Shown here in pieces: positions 26,285 to 34,002 of a DNA stretch of 35,619 bases. The position numbers and the translations under genes are program-made. Source of the stretch: an uncultured Clostridia bacterium (lineage in GTDB: Bacteria; Bacillota; Clostridia; Oscillospirales; Acutalibacteraceae); NCBI GenBank assembly GCA_937973935.1, contig CALJJF010000124.1, positions 1 to 35,619 of the forward strand, in the 5' to 3' direction. Numbering within the stretch: the stretch's first letter is position 1; each line of letters starts with the position of its first letter. The notes beneath the pieces were generated by a model that worked only from the letters and a program-made list of their open reading frames with translations, was not told the DNA's origin and did not search any database.

Positions 26285-28226
26285 AATCCCTTAGCACCGC
26301 CTTTATATCATCATCTCCACCATCATCAAGGTTGTTGTCAAAGAGTGGGATGGGCATACTCTCAATAATCTCCAGCAACCTACGCTCCTTTTCGGCAAGC
26401 CTCTCGTGAATGGTTAGGTCGACAGACTCAGCAGAAAGCAAATAGTAATAGTTAGTTACAACATCGTCGCTTAATCCATAACGGTGAATTCTGTCTTTGG
26501 ATTGTAAAAAATGCGCGGCATTAAAAGAACGCTCTAAGTAAATAGCGTTGTGACAAGCCTTATGAAGAGAAATCGACTCAGCCACGGCAAATGGGTTTGC
26601 GATTATCACCTTATAAGGGCAATCATCCTTATGGAACTCCTTGACTATGGCTTCTCGGGTAATTGAGTATTCATCGTCATCCTCGCTTATGCCATCACCC
26701 GCAACCGGCGTAGCTCCGTACAATATTCGAGAATCAATGTCATTTGAAGCAAGATAATCTCGAAGCATTTCTATGTTCTTTATATAGCACGCCCAGACAA
26801 TAGCCTTTTCGCCACGACCAATGATTTCGCGTAAGATATCCTTGACAGCTATATATTTTGCAGGAACTTCTGCCTCTGCATACCGTAATATCTCGTTAAG
26901 CATTTTCGTGTCGTCCTGAACCGTATCAAAGTCTACATCTTCAACATCAGCAAACTCAGATAATGGCTGACGAAGAAGCGCAGGATTAGTTGATGCCTGC
27001 ATAAGTCTAATCAGCCTTGCTCTAACCAGTTCGTTTTGAAAACGTTGGTCACGACTATTGGCAATGTCAAAAATATACTTCCTCTCAATATAATCGTATA
27101 TACGCCGTTGTGTTTCACCCATCTCCACTACCATTGGTGGGTTATTGACAGCGGGTGGAATGCCAAGGTCGCTCTTCCTAATCCTTATAAAAAACGGGGA
27201 TATGGAATTAAGCAATGAATCAACCCTTGGGTCATTTGGAGTCCTCGACATATCTTTCAACTGCCCAATATGAAAACGGACAATTTCTTTCGTCGGCCAG
27301 ATAAACTTAAACAAATTGTACAAGTCTTCATAACCGTTCGGTGCAGGTGTACCAGTGAGTACGACTCTCGCCTTACAATCCTGTGCCAATTCCATTATGC
27401 TCTGAGCAATGATACCCCCATTGGTATTCTTGATTTTGTGTGCTTCGTCAAGCACAACCATTACCTTATGCTTTTTGAGGAAGAATAGAAGTTCTTGTGT
27501 AAGGGACATAACCGAGGCATAGGAAATCAGCGTCAACTCGGCGGGATTATTCTCATAAAAATATTGTTTTTTATGATCTATTTGAAGTTTACCGGTTAAA
27601 CGCTTTGAAGTTGGTTTTACACCAAAGCACTCCTCATATTCCAGTTCCCAAGGACCAAAAGCGTTTATGGGGCCAATTATCAGCAGTCTGTCTACTTTTC
27701 GAGGATGATCATCCGGCAAATTCTTGAGGTATGTGTAAGCTCCAAAAACAATGCTGGTTTTTCCCGCACCCGGAACTGAAAAGTTGCAAGCATTTTGCGA
27801 GAACGCTAAATGATACGCTGAAAGCATCTGCAAATTGTAGAGGGTTCGAGTGGGCATATTTGCAACGAGCGCATCTTGAAATGCTTGAAATTCGCTAACA
27901 TTGCAATGGTTGTTGCGAATGTCCATAGCTTTAGACGAAAACTCAGCAAACTTGCTCTCTTCCTCGATGTAAGACTGGATACCCTCATTTGCTTCCCCAG
28001 AGATTTCAACATCGCATTTTGCATAACCAGCTGCCGTCCGCACCCTGTCGATACTTTTGTTCAAACTGTCGGTAATAGAAATATAAATCACACTGTCAGA
28101 GAGGATATAGTCGGTATTGTCCTTAAGGAAACGGGCAGCGCGGCGACTTTCTAAGATTTGTCCTACATCCCCAGTGACTATGAGCCGATTGTCGGCTGTA
28201 TTTGAATCAATGTGTAATATGCCCAT
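26259..28226 (-). CDS. SNF2-family (SF2) helicase/translocase with an approximately 130-aa unassigned N-terminal domain
   Basis: Motif I VPGAGKTS, motif II VVLDEAHKIKN, motif III LTGTPAPNGYEDLYNLFKFIWP, and helicase-C with motif VI FLQSKDRIHRYGL. Confidence 0.88.
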   Translation of the reverse strand: MGILHIDSNTADNRLIVTGDVGQILESRRAARFLKDNTDYILSDSVIYISITDSLNKSIDRVRTAAGYAKCDVEISGEANEGIQSYIEEESKFAEFSSKAMDIRNNHCNVSEFQAFQDALVANMPTRTLYNLQMLSAYHLAFSQNACNFSVPGAGKTSIVFGAYTYLKNLPDDHPRKVDRLLIIGPINAFGPWELEYEECFGVKPTSKRLTGKLQIDHKKQYFYENNPAELTLISYASVMSLTQELLFFLKKHKVMVVLDEAHKIKNTNGGIIAQSIMELAQDCKARVVLTGTPAPNGYEDLYNLFKFIWPTKEIVRFHIGQLKDMSRTPNDPRVDSLLNSISPFFIRIRKSDLGIPPAVNNPPMVVEMGETQRRIYDYIERKYIFDIANSRDQRFQNELVRARLIRLMQASTNPALLRQPLSEFADVEDVDFDTVQDDTKMLNEILRYAEAEVPAKYIAVKDILREIIGRGEKAIVWACYIKNIEMLRDYLASNDIDSRILYGATPVAGDGISEDDDEYSITREAIVKEFHKDDCPYKVIIANPFAVAESISLHKACHNAIYLERSFNAAHFLQSKDRIHRYGLSDDVVTNYYYLLSAESVDLTIHERLAEKERRLLEIIESMPIPLFDNNLDDGGDDDIKAVLRDYARRTKAD

Positions 28227-28241
28227 ACTTCACCCACCTAA

Positions 28242-29528
28242 CTATCGTAAAATTTCTCCATATTCCTTAACCTTCTTAGCGATTTCATCAAGGTATTCCT
28301 TTATTCCAGGATCATCTTTGAAAGAATCTTGGCTGGTATCAACCGCAGATATGGCCTCCCATGCTTTCTGAAGCAACTTGATTGGTTCTGCGGCTTGCTG
28401 CTTGTTATTCAATTTATCACGTGAGCGTAGAAAGTTCTCATTCAGTTTTTCACCGACAGCTTCCTTCCATGCGTTATCCCGTGCACGGAGCAGCCGTCCG
28501 ACATCCCCTCCGGGGTTATCGCGAATAATTTCATCAACGGACTTCTCACGAACACCCTCAACCGTCTCAAAATGAGCATCCGCAAATTGCCGCCAAATTT
28601 CTTCATTAGAGAAAAAGCTGGCATCTGTGTTGTTTTTGCTCGGTTTTCTGATGATATCACGAAAATCCTGCTGGTCTAAACCCAAACGAATATAGTCGAA
28701 TGCAATACTTTTTAGGTCAGAAACATCCGCTTCAATGTCATAACCCCACATCTTGGAAACCCCACCGGCGGCATAGCCACGCAAAGCACTGTCCAGCTTT
28801 TGAAAGGAGTCCTCTCTTGTGTCAAGAACTGTATATATTCCCGTGTAACCGTAGGTATCCAAGTATTCATCCATCATCTTAAGGACATCCAGATACATCT
28901 TAACATCTGCAAGTTTAACACCCATAAAGTTGGCAATTTCATTGTTAGAGAATCCCTCACCCGCTAAGTCACCCGCCTTGAGGTATTTTTCTATAGGACC
29001 ATAGTCTACCTTTGCATCCTCGCCCATCTGATATGTAGTCTCAAGGCGTAAAATTTCTTTCCTATCTGCATCTATAGGGAGGATGATAGCTTCGAAGAAC
29101 TGCGTGTGCTGTTTGAGATTGGCAGCAACGCTGTCATCACGCCAAATCCTATTTAATAGGCTGGCACGTCGGTTTCCATCAATTATCTTTCCGTCGGCAG
29201 TGACAATACCATACCGCTGTTGGTGGTCTTCAAGGAGGCTCTGTTTTGTTCGCTCGTTTGCTTCTACCTTAGATTCCCACAAAAATTTTTCAATAAGGGC
29301 AACATCCGCCGGACTATCAGGGTCAAGTGGATGATTCTGACGCTCGTATGATTTGACCACACTCCCTATGCGCCCATTGTACGGGTTGTATGTTAGTATG
29401 CTCAACGGAATTCGATAGGCGTTGAACGTCGTGCGTTCGCCGTGATATGTAAGCGTTATCCCTGTCATACAAGGCTGTGTTGAATCCTGAATCCTCTTGA
29501 GTTCAGCTTTTCTCTGTTCTGCATTCAT
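28242..29528 (-). CDS. ParB/sulfiredoxin-fold N-terminal domain protein with a long helical C-terminal region
   Basis: YRIPLSILTYNPYNGRIGS...YGIVTADGKIIDGNRRASLL matches the ParB N-domain pattern (I.l..l..np.N.R ... G.iiDG.rR). RBS AGGAGG is present. About 300 further residues are unassigned. Confidence 0.65.
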   Translation of the reverse strand: MNAEQRKAELKRIQDSTQPCMTGITLTYHGERTTFNAYRIPLSILTYNPYNGRIGSVVKSYERQNHPLDPDSPADVALIEKFLWESKVEANERTKQSLLEDHQQRYGIVTADGKIIDGNRRASLLNRIWRDDSVAANLKQHTQFFEAIILPIDADRKEILRLETTYQMGEDAKVDYGPIEKYLKAGDLAGEGFSNNEIANFMGVKLADVKMYLDVLKMMDEYLDTYGYTGIYTVLDTREDSFQKLDSALRGYAAGGVSKMWGYDIEADVSDLKSIAFDYIRLGLDQQDFRDIIRKPSKNNTDASFFSNEEIWRQFADAHFETVEGVREKSVDEIIRDNPGGDVGRLLRARDNAWKEAVGEKLNENFLRSRDKLNNKQQAAEPIKLLQKAWEAISAVDTSQDSFKDDPGIKEYLDEIAKKVKEYGEILR

Positions 29529-29543
29529 TGATTAATCCTCCTG

Positions 29544-30473
29544 TTAAAGATAGTATTTTACTATATCACTGATAGTATCAAGCGAGCGAAGATTAAGCAA
29601 ATAATCCGAACATCTATGGATTTTTTCCAAGTCAGCCCGCCGACTTACCCATCCCGCTCCATCAACAACATTAATAAACACAAGCTTTTGCTTGGTGGGC
29701 TTCCCGTTATTTAACTCTCGGATTTTGGAAGCTGTTGTTTCTGCAGTTTTTGCATAATCACTTTGACTGCTTGACGTTGTGATATTGCAAGTAATATCTA
29801 TCAAAAGGCGCGGGGTTTTCTCAGTTGGCACTGCAATCCCGATAGTTCTTCCTATTGATTGAACATTGCCTTTGATAACATATGTCAAACCAGTCTGGTC
29901 ACATATTTCTACAATTTTATCATGCACCGCTTTAAAAAAACTGTCACCTATTCGATTGCTATATTTACCCTCTAAGCCACGCTTAACTAACCGCCTTATA
30001 TCATCTGAGTTTCCTATTCTTCCAACCGTGGATACGTTTATCTGAAAATTTTCGCGATAATATGTTGGAATTAAATTTTTGTATTTTTCAAGAACTGCTC
30101 CATTCAAAAACAGTTCACACACTTCGTCCATAAATTCAGGGTGTTCTATCATTTCCCTTTGGATTTTTGATAGTGACCACTCACTCGTAGGCATATGCTT
30201 CTTTTGAATGCGCGACATTGTAATTATTCTCTTAAAACGCTCTTCCGAAATATTCAAGAGACTTGTGAGGTTATGGAGAGCTTTTTTATTGTCTCGCACA
30301 TATTTTCTAATCCCATCCATTGTTGCTATGCTTGGTGGTATTGATTGAAGTTCCTTAATGTCGGCTTCAGCCAAATTCTCGAATTCTTTTTCCAAATCCG
30401 AGTCAAGGTAGAACATAGTCGCAGTCTTTATAAATTCCTCAACTGTAAGTGCCTTTGGTTTTTGCTGGTTCAT
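29544..30473 (-). CDS. Hypothetical 309-aa protein translationally coupled to the methyltransferase (candidate endonuclease or specificity partner, unproven)
   Basis: The start overlaps the methyltransferase stop as TAATG, a 1-nt overlap. The sequence is protein-like, but I cannot place a catalytic motif by eye. Confidence 0.6.
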   Translation of the reverse strand: MNQQKPKALTVEEFIKTATMFYLDSDLEKEFENLAEADIKELQSIPPSIATMDGIRKYVRDNKKALHNLTSLLNISEERFKRIITMSRIQKKHMPTSEWSLSKIQREMIEHPEFMDEVCELFLNGAVLEKYKNLIPTYYRENFQINVSTVGRIGNSDDIRRLVKRGLEGKYSNRIGDSFFKAVHDKIVEICDQTGLTYVIKGNVQSIGRTIGIAVPTEKTPRLLIDITCNITTSSSQSDYAKTAETTASKIRELNNGKPTKQKLVFINVVDGAGWVSRRADLEKIHRCSDYLLNLRSLDTISDIVKYYL

Positions 30474-31828
30474 TATTTTTCGCCTCCATCTATTTCAGAA
30501 AGGTATTGTGCAGCCAACCGCTCACTAACCGCTTTTATCACAGGGACGCAGACAGTATTACCAAGTAAATCGAATCCCTGTTTCTTTCCTTTCTGAGTAT
30601 CTTCAAAATCACACAAGCTATAATCTTCCGGGTATCCAAATAGCCTAAGTCCCTCACGCAGAGTCAATTTTCTAATTCCACAATTATCGATAACTCCAAT
30701 AGTTGACATATCCATTGCTACTAACGTGGGTGTAACAGCTTCAGGATTCAGAATTCGACTAAATTCAAAACTCAGTTTTCCTGTTACTATATTATATCCC
30801 TTTGGCTTTGTCACATCTGGAATACGCTCATATAATGTTCTGTCAGATGTAGAATTTTCGCTTTCGACCCTCTTTTTAGGGTGTTCCAAAACTAAATACC
30901 CCTGTTCCACCAGTTTGTCTAACATTAACTGCAAGTCCTCAACATTATGGAACGTGCGTATTTGCTCGGCTGTCAAAGGCATGCCGTCCATCCAGTCAAT
31001 CCCAATTTTCTCAGCCCAATGTTTTTTCCTTCGTTCCAACAACAATGCATTCAGCAAGTTTTGCTCTTTTTGGGTTACGTGCCCTCTTATGCCAATGTCC
31101 CAACTGTGAATATTGTTTTCTCCACCACGCTTGTCCTTTATAGCCTTACCATAAAGTTCTTCTGGCTTAAACTTTTTGAATAGCTTCTTTGAAAATTCCC
31201 CATTCAAGGTTTTGCACCCCTTTTCCATAACATCAGAAAAGGTGGATTTTTTCTGTGGGAAATTCTTCAATGATACCTTTTCCTTTTTTGTACCTACAAT
31301 GTATATACGTCTCCTGGCTTGGGCTAATCCAAAATCCTGAGCGTCAAGTATATCCCAAGTAACAGTATAATCCAATTCTTTCTCTAATTTGTGAAGTATT
31401 GTTTTTAATGTTCTTCCTGGTTTAACAGTGTTGTTTTCCAAGTCATGAACAACCAACCCCTCCACGTTTTCAAGTAAAAAACCATACGGTTTCTTATCTC
31501 TGATAATTCTCTCAATTTCAAAAAATAACGTCCCACGAGTGTCGGCAAAACCGCGTTGTTTTCCTGCTACACTGAATGCTTGGCAAGGAAAACCGCCCAG
31601 TAGAAAATCAAAATCAGGTATATCTTCAGATTTTATTTGTGTAATATCACCTTTGATGTTCTGTTCATTAAAGTACTTTTTATAAGCCTTAACCGCTGAT
31701 TCTTTAATTTCGGATGTAAAAACACATTCCGTTTTAAAGCCTGCTTGCTTGAAAGCTTGCTCAAAACCAAGTCGAATTCCTCCCATCCCAGCAAACAGAT
31801 CTATGAATTTTATTGTTTTATTTGTCAT
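30473..31828 (-). CDS. dcm: DNA (cytosine-5)-methyltransferase
   Basis: Motif I FIDLFAGMGGIRLGF, motif IV GGFPCQAFSVAGKQRGF, motif VI LLENVEGL, motif VIII QARRRIYIVG, motifs IX/X REGLRLFGYPEDY...LGNTVCVPV. A long TRD lies between motifs VIII and IX. RBS GGAGG 9 nt before the ATG at 31828 favours that start over the track start at 31876. Confidence 0.93.
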   Translation of the reverse strand: MTNKTIKFIDLFAGMGGIRLGFEQAFKQAGFKTECVFTSEIKESAVKAYKKYFNEQNIKGDITQIKSEDIPDFDFLLGGFPCQAFSVAGKQRGFADTRGTLFFEIERIIRDKKPYGFLLENVEGLVVHDLENNTVKPGRTLKTILHKLEKELDYTVTWDILDAQDFGLAQARRRIYIVGTKKEKVSLKNFPQKKSTFSDVMEKGCKTLNGEFSKKLFKKFKPEELYGKAIKDKRGGENNIHSWDIGIRGHVTQKEQNLLNALLLERRKKHWAEKIGIDWMDGMPLTAEQIRTFHNVEDLQLMLDKLVEQGYLVLEHPKKRVESENSTSDRTLYERIPDVTKPKGYNIVTGKLSFEFSRILNPEAVTPTLVAMDMSTIGVIDNCGIRKLTLREGLRLFGYPEDYSLCDFEDTQKGKKQGFDLLGNTVCVPVIKAVSERLAAQYLSEIDGGEK

Positions 31829-32066
31829 GCAAGAATTCCTCCGTTTTTGAAGTGTCTTGAACATCCTCGCCAGCAATGTCCATTATATCTCCAACGTTAC
31901 AATTCAGTGCCGTACATATTTTAGCGAGAATTGCCGTGGTGACGTTTTCGTTGCGACCGAGTTTAGCAATGGTAACAGCACTTATATTGGCTGCACTTTG
32001 AAGATCTTGCTTCTTCATATCCATATCTATCAACAGTTTCCACAATTTTTTGTAATTGACTTCCAT
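31818..32066 (-). CDS. XRE-family helix-turn-helix protein (controller-like first gene of the operon)
   Basis: MEVNYKKLWKLLIDMDMKKQDLQSAANISAVTIAKLGRNENVTTAILAKICTALNCNVGDIM is a typical short Cro/C1-type HTH. RBS AAAGGAG lies 8 nt before the ATG at 32066. The 3' end overlaps the methyltransferase start by 11 nt. Confidence 0.85.
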   Translation of the reverse strand: MEVNYKKLWKLLIDMDMKKQDLQSAANISAVTIAKLGRNENVTTAILAKICTALNCNVGDIMDIAGEDVQDTSKTEEFLHDK

Positions 32067-32111
32067 ACACAAATCTCCTTTGCATAGTTATAAGAACAGC
32101 CACACCTCTGT

Positions 32112-32140
32112 AGTATAGCACTTTTCAAAGAATAAATCAA
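32112..32140 (-). promoter_or_regulatory. Candidate sigma-A promoter of the defence-like operon
   Basis: On the minus strand, TTGATT at 32140-32135, a 17-nt spacer and TATACT at 32117-32112, about 45 nt upstream of the HTH start. Confidence 0.5.
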
Positions 32141-32289
32141 TATTTAGCAAGCGGAAGTAAATAATATTTAAGCAATGCTTTAGTTTTATTATACTGGTAA
32201 TAATTTTTCAACTTCTTTAAGTTTAGGGATTGATTTTTTGAATAAGCTATGTTAATATGTATATGAACACATTAACAGGAGGTGCAATT

Positions 32290-32667
32290 ATGAATAAACA
32301 ATCTTTCGGAAGTTTCGTAAGAGCAAGACGTGAATTGCTTGGCAAATCGCTTAGAAGTGTTGCCGGCGAAATTGATATGGCTCCAGCATACCTGAGTGAT
32401 ATAGAAAAAGGAAATAGATGGCCACCAGTCAAATACCTTGAAAAGTTAGCCGAAGTCCTCTGCATTACACAGGAGGAGCAACTCAGCCACTTTTATGATT
32501 TGGCAGGTGAAATTCGCGAGGGGAGCTATCCAGACCTAACCGAGTATATTGGGAAAACCGACATTGCTCGAGTAGCATTACGAAAAGCTAGAGACCACAA
32601 TATCTCAGAAGAAAAGTGGCAACAGTTTATCGACAAGATAATTACCCCCGAAAAGAAGGGGGATTGA
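32290..32667 (+). CDS. XRE-family HTH repressor (ImmR-like)
   Basis: MNKQSFGSFVRARRELLGKSLRSVAGEIDMAPAYLSDIEKGNR is an HTH_3-type domain. GGAGG lies 7 nt before the ATG at 32290. An ImmA-type peptidase gene follows directly. Confidence 0.85.
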   Translation: MNKQSFGSFVRARRELLGKSLRSVAGEIDMAPAYLSDIEKGNRWPPVKYLEKLAEVLCITQEEQLSHFYDLAGEIREGSYPDLTEYIGKTDIARVALRKARDHNISEEKWQQFIDKIITPEKKGD

Positions 32668-32670
32668 CTA

Positions 32671-33396
32671 TTGAAACTAAGTTACGAACAAGAACCAAAC
32701 GGCATGTATAAACTTCACAAAACTGATTTCGACGACATCGCCTTGATGTTGTTACGGGAATATCTCGCTTCAGTGGTTGACAGTCCGGGAGAGGTTGACA
32801 TCAACTATCTTATCAAGGACTGTCTATACCTTGATGTATACTGCAAGAACTTGTCTGCGAACAAATCCATTCTTGGGTTAGTTGCTTTCGAAGATACAAC
32901 TATACCCTGTTATAATCTTCATTTTGAACCCACAACGTTCGATTTAGTTGCAGGAAATATTGTCCTCGATATGTCTTTAAGTGGTCAACGCCAGTTGCCC
33001 AGACGCAGATTCACACTCGCTCATGAACTTTCCCACTGGATTCTTCACCGCAGCTATCATTCGCCTTCTAATCAAGTGTTCGCACTTAAGAAAGTAGGCT
33101 ATTTGCCATGTGGCGAATCTGAGATTTCTATTAAAAAGAAGGCTTTGGTCACTGAGTCTGATAAAGAGGAGTGGCAAGCGAATTCACTTGCGGCTGCAAT
33201 ACTTATGCCGAAATTTGCTTTCTTGCACTGTGCCTATCAGGAACTTCGCCAGCATTTCGGAACAGGTGCGGCGGTTTTTAGCGAGACTGTTGACCATGAT
33301 AAATACAAAGCTGCTGTCGGGAACATTGCTGCTGTCTTTAATGTTTCGTTTCAAGCCACAGAGATTCGCCTTGATCAGTTTAACCTTATAGCATAA
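32671..33396 (+). CDS. ImmA/IrrE-family zinc metallopeptidase
   Basis: HEXXH motif in FTLAHELSHWILH, plus the downstream EEWQANSLAAAILMP typical of the COG2856/ImmA family. TTG start 3 nt after the XRE stop; an alternative ATG is at 32704. Confidence 0.82.
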   Translation: MKLSYEQEPNGMYKLHKTDFDDIALMLLREYLASVVDSPGEVDINYLIKDCLYLDVYCKNLSANKSILGLVAFEDTTIPCYNLHFEPTTFDLVAGNIVLDMSLSGQRQLPRRRFTLAHELSHWILHRSYHSPSNQVFALKKVGYLPCGESEISIKKKALVTESDKEEWQANSLAAAILMPKFAFLHCAYQELRQHFGTGAAVFSETVDHDKYKAAVGNIAAVFNVSFQATEIRLDQFNLIA

Positions 33397-33549
33397 GCTG
33401 AAACATACGGCTTCACATTAGTGTTGTCGTTTTTTTAGACCGTAGTGTTCATATGGATATATACAAATTAACACCATGAAAGGAATGCCAACACGAATGC
33501 CGCAGTTAATCGTGGCAATACATTAAAAATCACAAAGTGAGGATAAAAA

Positions 33550-33783
33550 ATGACTACACAAGAATTCTTAATTGAATTTATCTGCCCACACTGTCGGCGA
33601 GGCAAGACAATGGCTGACCAAACAGCTGAAGCTATTATTTCATGTAAATGTAGCGAGTGCGGTAAAGTCTATGTTTGTGACTTAAAGACCAAACGTGTTG
33701 AGAAAGCAAGGGCACGGGCTTCACCAAATATGCCGCGAAAACCCACACTTATGCCAAATGCACGACAACTGAATATCAATTGA
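33550..33783 (+). CDS. Small zinc-ribbon protein
   Basis: The 77-aa ORF has CPHC...CKCSEC Cys pairs, a basic tail and RBS GAGGA. Confidence 0.55.
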   Translation: MTTQEFLIEFICPHCRRGKTMADQTAEAIISCKCSECGKVYVCDLKTKRVEKARARASPNMPRKPTLMPNARQLNIN

Positions 33784-33898
33784 GTAGTTTTACTAACTGA
33801 GCAAATCGGGGTACATGTCACCGATATAAGGGATGCCATACAAGCGACGTCAACTCACGTCTGCTCCTATGGATTCCGTGGCATGGTAACCACCACTT

Positions 33899-33946
33899 AA
33901 GGCCGGGGTAACGCTGGAAACAGCGTATACCTGCGGCCTTTTTTTA
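33899..33946 (+). terminator. Rho-independent terminator or attenuator upstream of the sigma-like gene
   Basis: AAGGCCG...CGGCCTT is a 7-bp outer stem enclosing ACGCTGgaaaCAGCGT, followed by TTTTTTT. Confidence 0.65.
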
Positions 33947-34002
33947 TTGCGTCGATTGGTTCTCCTGTTTCCAGCACCCCAAGGAAAAGGAGATGTCAAA
34001 TA

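Noticed and set aside
19084-32072. Assignment of the big operon to BREX, DISARM, Dnd/Ssp, Dpd or type I/III R-M
   Set aside because: No PglZ/BrxC/BrxL-like, DrmA/DUF1998/PLD, DndACDE/SspABCD, TGT-like, or HsdS/HsdR/Res-like sequences were recognisable. Only the SNF2 and methyltransferase components are shared, so I left it unclassified. A tool-based scan is still needed.
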